A stretch of 32,000 nt of DNA. It comes from Nitrosospira multiformis ATCC 25196 (GTDB taxonomy: Bacteria; Pseudomonadota; Gammaproteobacteria; Burkholderiales; Nitrosomonadaceae). Shown in pieces: positions 9,069 to 19,024 of this stretch. The stretch lies in the NCBI RefSeq assembly GCF_000196355.1, contig NC_007614.1:90001-122000 (forward strand). Direction: 5' to 3'. The notes below the pieces were generated by a model, which was not told the DNA's origin, did no database searches, and saw nothing but the letters and a program-made list of their open reading frames with translations. A program made the position numbers and the translations under genes. Within the stretch, counting starts at the first letter, position 1. Each line of letters begins with the position of its first letter.

Positions 9069-11060
9069 ATGAATAATGTCTCCGCCAGCCGGCAGCAGGT
9101 TCGATCGGCATTATCTCCGGCAGCGACGCCCAGCGACGCGGAAATCCCTACAACATCTGGAAGACAGGACATGGCGGGCATCATTCCGGTGGAAACTGCG
9201 GGAACTCTGGATGGATTGTTCCGCGAGCGGGTGCGCCGCACGCCCGAAGCGATAGCCTATCGGGATTATGATCGATCGAGCGGCAAGTGGCGTGATCTTT
9301 CCTGGGCGCGAATGGATGAGCGCATTGCACACTGGGTGATTGCGCTATCGAAGGAAAAGCTTAAACCGGGTGACCGCGTCGGGATAATGTTAAGAAACTG
9401 CCCGGAATGGGTAATGTTCGAACAGGCTGCGCTGAGGCTTGGGCTGGTGGTAGTGCCGCTCTATCCCACTGATCGCCCGGATAATGCGGCTTATATCCTT
9501 CAGGATGCAGGCGTCAAGGTACTTCTGCTGGAGGAACTGGGGCAGTGGCTTGCTTTCTCGGAAGTGCGTGACCAGATGACAGGGCTTGTACGCGTCATCA
9601 TTATCCAGGGCAGCGTCAGGCAGGGTCATAGAGGAAACGAGCTCGTGCTTGCGCTGCATGACTGGCTGCCGGAGTGGTTCCCCGGCGAAAGACCGACCGA
9701 GTCGTTGCCAAGCGTGGAACCCCTCTATCAGCTTCCTGCGGAGCCGGAGCATCAGGCTCCGGAAGAAGTCCCGCCCAGCCGTGTCCTCGCACGTGACCCG
9801 CACCAGCTGGCTACCATCATTTATACATCGGGTACATCCGGGCATCCCAAGGGCGTGATGCTCAGCCATCATAATATACTGACCAATGCCCATAGCTGCC
9901 TGCAGGTCGTACCGATCGAAGAAAGCGACGTGCTGCTCTCCTTTTTACCGCTGTCCCACACATTTGAACGGACTGCCGGTTATTACGTGCCGATGATGCG
10001 GGGCTCGACAGTGGCGTATGCGCGCTCGATTCCCCAGTTGCAGGAGGATCTGCTGATCATCCGGCCGACCATCCTCGTTTCGGTGCCCCGAATATATGAG
10101 CGCGTATATGCCGGCATTCGCGCCAAGCTGGCGGAGGGGCCCCTGCTGAGCCGCAGGCTGTTCGACCTTGCAGTCGAGATCGGGTATAACCGGTTCGAGT
10201 ATCAGCAGGGGCGCGCCGAGAAGCATTTTTCCCATGCGCTGTGGCCGTTGCTGGAAATACTGGTGGCAAAGAAGGTGATGAGCAAACTGGGAGGGCGGCT
10301 GCGCGCAGCAATGAGCGGCGGAGCCGCATTATCGAGCGAGGTTTCCCGCATATTTATCGGCCTGGGCCTGCCCATCCTCCAGGGCTACGGTATGACGGAA
10401 AGCAGCCCGGTGGTTTGCTGCAATACGATCGAGGACAATGTTCCGGCGAGTGTCGGACGGCCTATTCCAGGGGTGGAAGTGAAGCTCGGCGAGCAGAATG
10501 CCTTGCTTATTCGCGGACCCAACGTCATGCTCGGCTACTGGAACAATGAGGAGGCCACGCGAGCGGTAATGACCCCGGACGGGTGGCTCAATTCGGGCGA
10601 TATCGCGGAAATCGATGAGGCCGGGCATATCGCCATTACCGGCCGGGTAAAGGAAATCATTGTCATGTCGACCGGGGAAAAGATTCCACCTGCCAACATG
10701 GAAGCGGCGATTCTACGCGATCCGTTATTTGAACAGGTCATGGTGGTTGGCGAGGGACGTCCTCATTTAGCGGTGCTGGCAGTTCTCAACTCCGGAAATT
10801 GGGAAAGCATGGCTGACGAATACCATCTCGACCGGAACTGGCGCCGTCTAGGGGGCGATCCGAAGTTCGAAGAAATCCTGCTGGAACGGATCGCTTATCA
10901 GATCAAAGGATTTCCGGGTTATGCCAAAATATATCGCATTGCCGTGGTGGCCGAGCCGTGGACAGTCGAGAATCAGATGTTGACCCCGACGTTGAAACTG
11001 CGGCGCACTTATGTGCAGAACCACTACAAAAGCGAGGTGGACAGGCTCTACACGAAGTAA
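9069..11060 (+). CDS. Long-chain acyl-CoA synthetase (AMP-forming)
   Basis: AMP-binding signature IIYTSGTSGHPKGVMLSHHN, plus GYGMTESSP, SGDIAEIDEAGHIAITGR and TPTLKLRR. The start is uncertain: ATG 9069, or ATG 9171 (MAGIIPVE...). Confidence 0.85.
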   Translation: MNNVSASRQQVRSALSPAATPSDAEIPTTSGRQDMAGIIPVETAGTLDGLFRERVRRTPEAIAYRDYDRSSGKWRDLSWARMDERIAHWVIALSKEKLKPGDRVGIMLRNCPEWVMFEQAALRLGLVVVPLYPTDRPDNAAYILQDAGVKVLLLEELGQWLAFSEVRDQMTGLVRVIIIQGSVRQGHRGNELVLALHDWLPEWFPGERPTESLPSVEPLYQLPAEPEHQAPEEVPPSRVLARDPHQLATIIYTSGTSGHPKGVMLSHHNILTNAHSCLQVVPIEESDVLLSFLPLSHTFERTAGYYVPMMRGSTVAYARSIPQLQEDLLIIRPTILVSVPRIYERVYAGIRAKLAEGPLLSRRLFDLAVEIGYNRFEYQQGRAEKHFSHALWPLLEILVAKKVMSKLGGRLRAAMSGGAALSSEVSRIFIGLGLPILQGYGMTESSPVVCCNTIEDNVPASVGRPIPGVEVKLGEQNALLIRGPNVMLGYWNNEEATRAVMTPDGWLNSGDIAEIDEAGHIAITGRVKEIIVMSTGEKIPPANMEAAILRDPLFEQVMVVGEGRPHLAVLAVLNSGNWESMADEYHLDRNWRRLGGDPKFEEILLERIAYQIKGFPGYAKIYRIAVVAEPWTVENQMLTPTLKLRRTYVQNHYKSEVDRLYTK

Positions 11061-11125
11061 TGAGCAGATCATTCCCTGCAATGCCGAAAAATTCACGGTA
11101 GAGTGAACAGTTGAAATCATGAAAA

Positions 11126-11545
11126 ATGACAGACAGTGACACTGAATCTCAGGTATCGCTGCCTGAGGGTTCCGATCCGGTGCTGCGGCTGGTACCGATG
11201 CCTACGGATACGAATTATGCGGGAGACGTATTCGGGGGCTGGATCATGGCGCAAGTGGATATTGCCGGCAGCCTTCCCGCCATCCGCCGGGCTCGCGGTC
11301 GCGTCGTAACCGTGGCCGTGAATTCCTTCGTATTCAAGCAACCGGTATTCGTCGGCGATGTCGTAAGCTTCTATGCCGATATCGTCCGGATTGGACGGAC
11401 TTCCATCACGGTGGATGTGGTCGTGTATGCGCAGCGCGGATTACGGCAGGGCGACAAGGAAATATGCTATCGGGTGACGGAGGCGGTGCTAACCTATGTT
11501 GCGGTCGATGAGCATCGCAAGCCGCGCGTGGTTCCTCCCGGGTGA
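11126..11545 (+). CDS. Acyl-CoA thioesterase, hotdog fold (YciA-like)
   Basis: 139 aa. MPTDTNYAGDVFGGWIMAQVDIAG...GRVVTVAV...FKQPVFVGDVV parallels E. coli YciA (MPADTNANGDIFGGWLMSQMDIGG...GRVVTVRV). Confidence 0.8.
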   Translation: MTDSDTESQVSLPEGSDPVLRLVPMPTDTNYAGDVFGGWIMAQVDIAGSLPAIRRARGRVVTVAVNSFVFKQPVFVGDVVSFYADIVRIGRTSITVDVVVYAQRGLRQGDKEICYRVTEAVLTYVAVDEHRKPRVVPPG

Positions 11546-11572
11546 TGTGGACATATCGTATTGGAGGCAAAA

Positions 11573-14125
11573 GTGAATAATTCTGGATTCACCGTGCGCA
11601 AGGCCGCCGTTCTCGGCGCAGGAGTCATGGGAGCGCAGATTGCAGCCCATCTGATCAATGCGAACGTTGAAACCCTCTTATTCGAGCTTTCCGCCGGAGA
11701 GGATCCCAATGCGAATGTAGTCAAGGCAATCGAAAATCTTAAAAAGCAGGAGCCCCAACCGCTGTCGAGCACAGCCAGAGGGACATTCATACAGCCAGCG
11801 AACTACGACCAGAACCTTGAACTGCTTGGGGAGTGCGATCTTGTAATCGAAGCAATTGCGGAGCGCATGGATCTGAAAACGGGGCTGTATGCAAAAATAG
11901 CGCCGTATCTGGGGGAACGCACAATTTTCGCCAGCAACACATCGGGGCTGTCCATCAATCAACTGGCGCAGGTGTTTCCTGAAACCCTGCGCCACCGTTT
12001 CTGCGGTATCCATTTTTTCAATCCGCCGCGCTACATGCACCTGGTGGAATTGATTCCCTGTACAACCAGTGATAGCGCCATGCTCGACGACCTGGAAGCT
12101 TTCCTGGTCACTTCCCTGGGCAAGGGTGTCGTCCGCGCGAAAGATACGCCCAATTTTATTGCCAACCGGATTGGTGTATTTTCCATGCTTGCCACCATGC
12201 ATCACGCAAGCGAGTTCGGGCTTGGATTCGATGTGGTGGACGCTTTGACCGGTTCCCTCATTGGGCGTCCGAAAAGTGCGACTTTCCGTACTGCCGACTT
12301 GGTGGGACTGGATATTCTTGCCCACGTGATCAATACCATGCGCGAAATGCTGCCGGATGACCCTTGGCACGAATACTATGCAGTGCCCCCCTGGTTGCAA
12401 GGCCTGATAGGCAAAGGCGCGCTCGGCCAGAAGACGAAGCGAGGGGTATATCAGAAAACAGGCAAGGATATTCACGTGCTGGATATTGCGCGAAACGAAT
12501 ACGTGCTCTCGGCGGGCAAGGCGGACCCTGACATAGCGGAGCTGCTCAAAGACAAAAGCCCTGCCGGTAAACTGGGAGCCCTACGCGCCAGTCCTCATCC
12601 GCAAGCTCAGTTCCTGTGGGCGGTGTTTCGCGACCTGTTTCATTACTGTGCGGTCCATCTCGAGGAAATAGCGGACAATGCCCGTGACCTCGATTTTGCC
12701 ATGCGCTGGGGCTTCGGCTGGACCCAGGGTCCGTTTGAAACCTGGCAGGCCGCCGGATGGGGCGAGATCAGCGGATGGATCAGCGAAGATATTGCTGCTG
12801 GAAAGAGTATGAGCAATGTTTCGCTGCCCGAGTGGGTACACGAATTGGGGCAAAGTCCGGCGCAGGCAGTCAACCCGGACATACAGGGAGTACACAGGAA
12901 GCCCGGTTCTTACGCGCCTTCGAGCAAGAGTTTTCGGCTACGCTCCTTGCTACCGGTATACCGGCGGCAACTGTTTCCCGACCGGCTGCTGAGCGAAGAA
13001 CCCCAATACGGCCAGACCGTATTTGAAACCCAGGCGGTGCGGATGTGGAGCATGCCGGAAAAGGCTGAAGCAGGGGGTCGCACGGAAAAGGGCGACGACG
13101 GCATTGCCATACTCAGCTTCAAGAGCAAGATGCACACTATCGGTAGTGACGTGCTGGATGGAATTCAACAGGCGATAGACGAAGCTGAACGTAACTGGCG
13201 TGCCCTGATAATCTGGCAGACCGAGCCCCCCTTTTCTGCTGGCGCCAACCTGAAGAAGGCAACCGAGCGCTTGAAGAACGAAGAACCTCCTTCAGCTCTC
13301 AACGTACTGGCGAAGAAATTCAAGAAAACGGCGCAATCCGCCGTACTCAAGGCTGCGCGCAAGCTCAATCTTGCGGATGCCCTGATGGCGGGAAAGCTGG
13401 CGGAAGTGGAAGCGATGATTGCGCAATTCCAGCAGACTTCGCAGGCGTTGCGCTATTCGATGATTCCAACGGTTGCAGCCGTGGATGGCCTTGCGCTGGG
13501 CGGCGGATGCGAATTCGTCATGCATTGTGACCGTGCGGTCGCTACCTTAGAGAGTTATATCGGACTGGTGGAAGCGGGCGTCGGATTGCTGCCAGCGGGA
13601 GGAGGCTGCAAGGAGCTGGCGCTGCGCGCAGCGCAGAAGGCGAAAGACGGCGATCCTTTTCCCGTACTGAAAAATTACTTTCAAAGCGTGGCCACGGCGC
13701 AAGTGTCGAAAAGTGCGGAGGAAGCCAAGGAGCTGGGATATCTGCGGCGTGCCGACGAAATCGTGATGAACCGGTTTGAACTGCTTTATATTGCCAAGGC
13801 GCTTGCGGTGGCAATGGCGGAGGCGGGCTATCGCCCTCCGCTGAGAGCGCGCCGTATCCCGGTTGCCGGCGCAACCGGCATCGCGAACATCAAAGGCATG
13901 CTGGTTAACATGCATGAAGGCAATTTCATCTCGGATCATGACTTTCTGGTTGGCACCAAGATTGCCTCGGTGATGTGCGGGGGCGAACTCACTCCCGGAA
14001 GCCTGGTCGATGAGGAATGGTTCCTGGAACTCGAACGGGATGCGTTTATCGAACTGCTGGCAACCGAAAAGACCCAGGCACGCATCGAGCATACCTTGAA
14101 AACAGGAAAACCCCTCAGGAACTGA
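11573..14125 (+). CDS. Bifunctional 3-hydroxyacyl-CoA dehydrogenase / enoyl-CoA hydratase (FadN-like domain order)
   Basis: N-terminal NAD Rossmann motif (VLGAGVMGAQIAAHL) and the 3HCDH core (FFNPPRYMHLVELI). The C-terminal crotonase fold has FSAGANL and AAVDGLALGGGCEFVMHCD...GLVEAGVGLLPAGGG. I set the start at GTG 11573, 6 nt after GGAGG; the ORF-track TTG at 11561 overlaps that RBS. Confidence 0.85.
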   Translation: MNNSGFTVRKAAVLGAGVMGAQIAAHLINANVETLLFELSAGEDPNANVVKAIENLKKQEPQPLSSTARGTFIQPANYDQNLELLGECDLVIEAIAERMDLKTGLYAKIAPYLGERTIFASNTSGLSINQLAQVFPETLRHRFCGIHFFNPPRYMHLVELIPCTTSDSAMLDDLEAFLVTSLGKGVVRAKDTPNFIANRIGVFSMLATMHHASEFGLGFDVVDALTGSLIGRPKSATFRTADLVGLDILAHVINTMREMLPDDPWHEYYAVPPWLQGLIGKGALGQKTKRGVYQKTGKDIHVLDIARNEYVLSAGKADPDIAELLKDKSPAGKLGALRASPHPQAQFLWAVFRDLFHYCAVHLEEIADNARDLDFAMRWGFGWTQGPFETWQAAGWGEISGWISEDIAAGKSMSNVSLPEWVHELGQSPAQAVNPDIQGVHRKPGSYAPSSKSFRLRSLLPVYRRQLFPDRLLSEEPQYGQTVFETQAVRMWSMPEKAEAGGRTEKGDDGIAILSFKSKMHTIGSDVLDGIQQAIDEAERNWRALIIWQTEPPFSAGANLKKATERLKNEEPPSALNVLAKKFKKTAQSAVLKAARKLNLADALMAGKLAEVEAMIAQFQQTSQALRYSMIPTVAAVDGLALGGGCEFVMHCDRAVATLESYIGLVEAGVGLLPAGGGCKELALRAAQKAKDGDPFPVLKNYFQSVATAQVSKSAEEAKELGYLRRADEIVMNRFELLYIAKALAVAMAEAGYRPPLRARRIPVAGATGIANIKGMLVNMHEGNFISDHDFLVGTKIASVMCGGELTPGSLVDEEWFLELERDAFIELLATEKTQARIEHTLKTGKPLRN

Positions 14126-14285
14126 GGAAAGCTCGCAACTTAACGACTTACAGCTGATCAAAAAGAACAACGCAGATAAGAACGAAAAAGGCAACGAAAG
14201 CAGTTCTCAGTAGTGCGGCAGGGAAGCCGAGGGCGGTCAAAGCCATCATCGTTTTTATTGTGAATCAGCGTAAAGGAAATTCATC

Positions 14286-15488
14286 ATGACAACGAAGCAA
14301 ACCAGCGAGGCTTACATTGTATCTGCCGTCCGCACACCGGTAGGCAAGGCGCCGCGCGGAATGTTCAAGACCGTGCGCCCCGACGACATGCTCGCCCACG
14401 TATTGAAGACTGCCGTTAATCAGTGCGAAGGCCTTGACCCTGCTGCCATCGAGGATGTGATAGCAGGTTGCGCCATGCCGGAGGCGGAGCAGGGATTGAA
14501 CGTCGCACGCATCTCGCTCCTGCTGGCGGGGTTGCCGAACAGCGTGCCCGGAATGACAGTGAACCGTTTCTGTGCATCGGGATTGCAGACCGTGGCGCTT
14601 GCCGCCGACCGTATCCGGTTGGGAGAGGCCGATGTGATCATAGCGGCCGGCACCGAGAGCATGAGCATGGTACCTATGTCAGGCAACAAGCCGGCTTTGG
14701 ATCCGGCCATATTCCTGCGCGATGAAAACGTGGCGATCGCCTATGGCATGGGTATTACCGGGGAAAAAGTCGCGCAGCGGTGGCAAGTCAGCCGCGAGGC
14801 TCAGGACGAGTTTGCGACGACGAGCCACACAAGGGCGCTGAAAGCAATCGAGACGGGGGAATTCGAGCAGGAAATTGCCCCCTATACCGTAGTGGAAAAG
14901 CGACCCGATATTGCTTCCCATGAAATACGCGATGTGGCAGTGGTTCGGGATACCGATGAAGGCCCCCGACCGGGTACGAACCCGGAAGTTCTTTCCAGGC
15001 TCAAGCCGGTGTTTGCAGCCCATGGTACGGTGACAGCGGGTAACAGTTCGCAGATGTCCGATGGCGCAGGTGCGGTGGTGCTGGCAAGCGAAGGCGCATT
15101 GAAGCGGTTCAACCTGACCCCGATGGGGCGCTTTCTCGGCTATTCGGTAGCGGGGGTGCCCCCGGAAATCATGGGCATCGGTCCAGTGAAGGCAATACCG
15201 AAGGTACTGAAGCAGGTAGGCCTGAAACAGGACGATCTCGACTGGATCGAGCTGAACGAGGCTTTTGCCGCACAAAGCCTTGCAGTCATCAATGATCTCG
15301 GATTGGACCGGCAGAAGGTTAATCCACTCGGGGGAGCCATTGCGCTCGGCCATCCGTTGGGCGCCACCGGTGCCATTCGCGTTGCGACGCTGCTGCATGG
15401 CTTGCGCCGGCACCATCAGAAGTATGGCATGGTGACCATGTGCGTGGGCACCGGAATGGGTGCAGCAGGGGTGTTCGAAGCCATGTAA
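14286..15488 (+). CDS. fadA: 3-ketoacyl-CoA thiolase (acetyl-CoA C-acyltransferase)
   Basis: 400 aa. Thiolase motifs: [10 protein letters not shown] (active-site Cys), [21 protein letters not shown] and MCVGTGMG. Confidence 0.9.
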   Translation: MTTKQTSEAYIVSAVRTPVGKAPRGMFKTVRPDDMLAHVLKTAVNQCEGLDPAAIEDVIAGCAMPEAEQGLNVARISLLLAGLPNSVPGMTVNRFCASGLQTVALAADRIRLGEADVIIAAGTESMSMVPMSGNKPALDPAIFLRDENVAIAYGMGITGEKVAQRWQVSREAQDEFATTSHTRALKAIETGEFEQEIAPYTVVEKRPDIASHEIRDVAVVRDTDEGPRPGTNPEVLSRLKPVFAAHGTVTAGNSSQMSDGAGAVVLASEGALKRFNLTPMGRFLGYSVAGVPPEIMGIGPVKAIPKVLKQVGLKQDDLDWIELNEAFAAQSLAVINDLGLDRQKVNPLGGAIALGHPLGATGAIRVATLLHGLRRHHQKYGMVTMCVGTGMGAAGVFEAM

Positions 15489-15584
15489 CGTGTTTCAACC
15501 GCTTTCGGTCGCTTCTTCCCGCCGTACTGGAAATTTACGGACGGGGGGTGCCCGGAAAAGCTTCCAGGCTCCCGGGCGGGATGT

Positions 15585-15773
15585 CTATTTTCCGAAATAG
15601 ACGTAAGCCTTTTGCGGCACCGCGGATTCCTTGAAACGCCGGCGCTCTTCCGGGTCCAGCTTTTTGTCCCACCAGATTGCGCGCGCTTCCCTCTGGTCCT
15701 CCGGCAATTTCGGATTTTTCTCGAACAGTTCACGCATGAACCGGGTGTGATCGGATTCGTAAAATTTCGCCAT
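15585..15773 (-). CDS. Small conserved protein, DUF3460-like
   Basis: 62-aa ORF MAKFYESDHTRFMRELFEKNPKLPEDQREARAIWWDKKLDPEE... with protein-like composition. It matches my recollection of the ~60-aa DUF3460 family of beta-proteobacteria. The family assignment is from memory and has not been searched. Confidence 0.55.
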   Translation of the reverse strand: MAKFYESDHTRFMRELFEKNPKLPEDQREARAIWWDKKLDPEERRRFKESAVPQKAYVYFGK

Positions 15774-16447
15774 GGTCCTTCCTTACTTTTTTCTTCCATT
15801 CTCCAGTTACAACTCCCTGAAAACTTTACCACAAATCCCGCTGCTTCGCATCAGGGAAGATCTATGTGAGACGGGGAAAATGCGATGATAAATGGCAGGA
15901 TCGCTATTACAGCTACGCCTACCTTTCTCGCTATTCACAGGCCAGGACAGGATATACCCGTAACCCTGATCAGAAACTGCTGCCGCCTTTATATAAAGGC
16001 TGTAACAAATCCCCGGTACTGTATGCAAGGCAAGTCTCATTACATAGGAGTGATCCATGTTTGAATGCGCGTGTATATGTGAGCCAAAGAGGGCTACATC
16101 ACGCGCATGGGATAAAGCTATTTCCAATCTGGCCTCCGATCCTCGGGAAACCTACGGTTCTTTAGCCCCTTACGTGCACGAAGAAGAACTCGCGGTTTTC
16201 CTGAATTCGTAGTGCTTTGGGAAAACAGTACCGGACCAAGCGTGGGCATAGCCCCTTGATCCTCATTCTCACCCTTCTGGTAGTACCCTGCCCTCCGCCT
16301 TATCGGTGTGTTAGAGCAAAAGCTGCCTAGATAACGACTTGACTTACAGCCAGGTAATGCCGATTCCTGCCCGTTCTGATGGAAGAGGCGGTGAACAAGC
16401 ACCAATTTGTGCTCGACCCGTTATGAGTCACTTGGAGGAAATGAAAA

Positions 16448-16869
16448 ATGACATCCGATAGTTCCCGTTTTGCTGTGGGCATATTCATAGCGCTGGTGAG
16501 CCTGGCTGCCTGCGCCACTCTGAATAATTTCCCCGATCGTCCTGCTGCCGGCGCTGCCGGGCAGTTATATGAGGAATTGAATGCTTTTGCCTCCCGCTGG
16601 AAAGCCCACGTCGGCCTGAATATCAAGGTTGAGCCGGCGAGGAATAAGTCGGGCAAGCCCGTGCGGGTTACGCTCCAGGGTCTCGACGTTCCTGCTCTTG
16701 CACTGCCCTGCGACGCGGACAAGCTGCATGACAAGGAAATATTTATTACGCCGACTTCCGCCAGCTTTTAGCGCAGGATTTTCGGAATGAATCTTATCCT
16801 TCGGCCTATACCTCGACCATCGTGTTTCCGGTAAGGAAAGGCAATCCCAAAGAACTCAAGGACTGGTAA
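16448..16869 (+). pseudogene. Decayed and truncated sulfate/thiosulfate-binding protein gene (Sbp/CysP family)
   Basis: The ORF 16448..16771 aligns by eye with the E. coli Sbp N-terminus: QLYEELNAFASRWKAHVGLNIKV...SGKPVRVTLQGLDVPALALPCDADKL vs ELYEQYNKAFSAHWKQETGDNVVI...[28 protein letters not shown]. After the stop at 16769, homology continues in another frame from 16771: [32 protein letters not shown]-stop vs [26 protein letters not shown]. It ends at TAA 16867-16869. The remaining ~200 codons and the cysTWA genes are absent. Confidence 0.7.
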
Positions 16870-17116
16870 AACCAAGCGGTATTGCCACGAACATACGCAT
16901 GTGCTGACCGGTCATTTTCAGATTACCCCTTTCACTCAGCAAGGCATTCCTTTCCTGGGAATCCCGTATTCCCGTCTTTTCCTTCATAAATGAAAACTCA
17001 TATATAGTAGTTGGCGATTTCTACGGTTTTAGCTGACGCGAAGATTAAAGCAGGCTTAACTAAACAACCGTGCGGAGCCACGCATAGGAATACCAAGAAG
17101 TCGATAGGAGCGAATC

Positions 17117-17935
17117 ATGAACCAGGGGATTGCATTGGTAACTGGCGCATCCAGCGGTATCGGAAGAGCAACAGCGGAGCTTCTTGCTCAAAATGGATAT
17201 TATGTATTTGCCATAGCGCGGCGGAAGTACAGACTCGAACAGATCCGCTCTGAGCGGATTGAACCAATTATCCTGGATGTTACGGATGATGAAGCTGTTC
17301 GAAAGGCCATAGGGTACGTTATATCGACCAAGAGCCGGATCGACCTGCTGGTAAATAATGCTGGGATTAGCCAACTTGGGGCGGTGGAGTGCGTTCCCCT
17401 GGAAGCTGCCCGCTATCAACTCGAAGTCAATCTTTTCGGCTATGCCCGGTTTATGCAGGCAGTGCTGCCGCACATGAGAAACCAAAAATCGGGCTGTATC
17501 GTCAACATTGTTTCGGTGTTGAGCAGGATATCCGTACCCGGTTTTGGTTGGTATTCGGCGTCAAAATATGCTATTGAAGCGCTAACCGATGCAGTCCGGG
17601 GAGAGGTCATGGAGTTTGGAATCGATGTGGTGCTGATTGCACCTGGCTTGATTAAGACGGAGTTTGTTCCCAAAGAGTTCAGATTGCTGGAGACCATCTC
17701 TCATCCTCCTGAGTACAAAAATCTTCTCTCAGGCATGCGAAACCTCGTAGCTGACGAGCCCGAGGCGCCTGGGCCCGAGCTCATTGCAAAGGCCGTACTG
17801 GACGCTGCCACCGCGTCCCCTCCTGTAAGACATGCGCTGCCCCTGGATTCCAAGATGTCCGTTATTGCGAGATGGCTATTAGGCGCGCGAATCTTCGCCT
17901 GGGCGGTAAGGCTTCAGATGAAGTTTTCGAGATAA
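17117..17935 (+). CDS. Short-chain dehydrogenase/reductase (SDR)
   Basis: 272 aa. Motifs: TGASSGIGRA cofactor motif, NNAG, and the catalytic S...YSASK. RBS TAGGAG lies 6 nt upstream of the ATG. Confidence 0.85.
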   Translation: MNQGIALVTGASSGIGRATAELLAQNGYYVFAIARRKYRLEQIRSERIEPIILDVTDDEAVRKAIGYVISTKSRIDLLVNNAGISQLGAVECVPLEAARYQLEVNLFGYARFMQAVLPHMRNQKSGCIVNIVSVLSRISVPGFGWYSASKYAIEALTDAVRGEVMEFGIDVVLIAPGLIKTEFVPKEFRLLETISHPPEYKNLLSGMRNLVADEPEAPGPELIAKAVLDAATASPPVRHALPLDSKMSVIARWLLGARIFAWAVRLQMKFSR

Positions 17936-18091
17936 GAAACTGCTTTAACAACTGGAAGTCCCGGACGCTCATTGTTGTTGAAGGCATCCCTATTACTCAC
18001 TAACAGTCACTACAACCAATCAAGAATGGCGACCATGCTTTAACCGTCCTTTATCCATGCCTCTCCGGGGATCAGGAAATGCCATCCAGGT

Positions 18092-18877
18092 TTAAAAAGG
18101 TCTGCGATGGGGTAGTTTTTGAGCGAACTTTGAGAATGGCAGGGAAAATTCTTTTTCCAGCATCTTTGCCGTTGCTGGCAGTTCTTCCCAGGCGGCCCTT
18201 GTCGGCGCATGCTTGAAAGCGAACACGATCAGATTGCCGTAAGGCTCTGCCAGTATGGTGGTTATACGCCCAGCGAAACTGTTTTCAAGACGCGCGAGAT
18301 ATTCATGAACTCTTCCGTCGCGGCTGAGCAGGTTGACAACCAGCACGCCATTTCTCGTCAATGCTTCACTTGCCTGATCATAAAAAGCCTGCGTGCATAG
18401 AGAAGCTACTTGCCTGCCATCGTCGAAACCATCGACCATCAGAATGTCCGTGCTGTCTGGATGGGCAGCAATGTATTCACTGCCTTCCGCGATCAGCACC
18501 TCCAGGCGCTCGTCGTCAGCCGGCACATAGAATTGACTGCGCGCGACCGCAACCACCTGGGGGTTGATTTCGATCACGGTCGTATTAACCGTTGGCAGTT
18601 GCCAGTAAACAAATTTCGTCAGCGAGCCCCCTCCCAACCCGATCATGAGAACATTTTTGGGTCGTGGGCAAAACAGCAGAAAACACATCATGCATTGGGT
18701 ATAGGCAAGCTGCAATTCATTCGGGGCAGCGATGCGCATTGCGCTCTGGACCATGCTGCTTCCCAGATGAAGTGAGCGGATACCGTACTCTTCACTTAGG
18801 TGAACGAGTGCCGGGTCTGCGAGGGCTGGATTTCTGCTGGCGTTTGCCTGCCGTCCGCGTTTCAGAAATCGATTCAT
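18092..18877 (-). CDS. Spermidine-synthase-like (PABS / class I methyltransferase fold) protein
   Basis: 261 aa. VLMIGLGGGSL nucleotide-binding loop, VIEINPQVV, and DILMVDGFD as in aminopropyltransferase-family proteins. Substrate unknown. Confidence 0.7.
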   Translation of the reverse strand: MNRFLKRGRQANASRNPALADPALVHLSEEYGIRSLHLGSSMVQSAMRIAAPNELQLAYTQCMMCFLLFCPRPKNVLMIGLGGGSLTKFVYWQLPTVNTTVIEINPQVVAVARSQFYVPADDERLEVLIAEGSEYIAAHPDSTDILMVDGFDDGRQVASLCTQAFYDQASEALTRNGVLVVNLLSRDGRVHEYLARLENSFAGRITTILAEPYGNLIVFAFKHAPTRAAWEELPATAKMLEKEFSLPFSKFAQKLPHRRPF

Positions 18878-19024
18878 GAAAGGAGCCTTTCCTTATCCCG
18901 TTGCTGTTGCCTCTGCCGTTGCCACGGACAAGCTTTACAAGCTGTTCTTTTTGGCCTAGGTTTAGATTGGGCGGATATTGGCATGATGTAATTCAGCCGG
19001 GGTTCCTGTCGAAGGGGAGGAGTT

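Noticed and set aside
15488-15600. Hairpins between the convergent fadA and DUF3460 genes (GCCCGG...CCGGGC; CCGCCGTA...TACGGaCGG) as possible terminators
   Set aside because: The loops are long or the stems are bulged, and no clear U-tract follows on either strand. This is not strong enough to annotate as intrinsic terminators.
16135-16165. ACGGTTC string reminiscent of the 3' strand of a group II intron domain V
   Set aside because: There is no complementary GAACCGT-type 5' strand, no GNRA-capped helix, and no reverse-transcriptase ORF nearby.
16030-16380. Short strings resembling RNase P RNA (GGCAAGUCUC...CAUAGG; GCCUUAUCGG; CUGCCUAGAUAACGACU...ACAGCC)
   Set aside because: The universally conserved GGAAAGUCCGG and ACAGAAnnCGGCUUA blocks are not present. 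The look-alike pieces are in the wrong order relative to E. coli M1 RNA. I treat the resemblance as chance and leave the region as unassigned.
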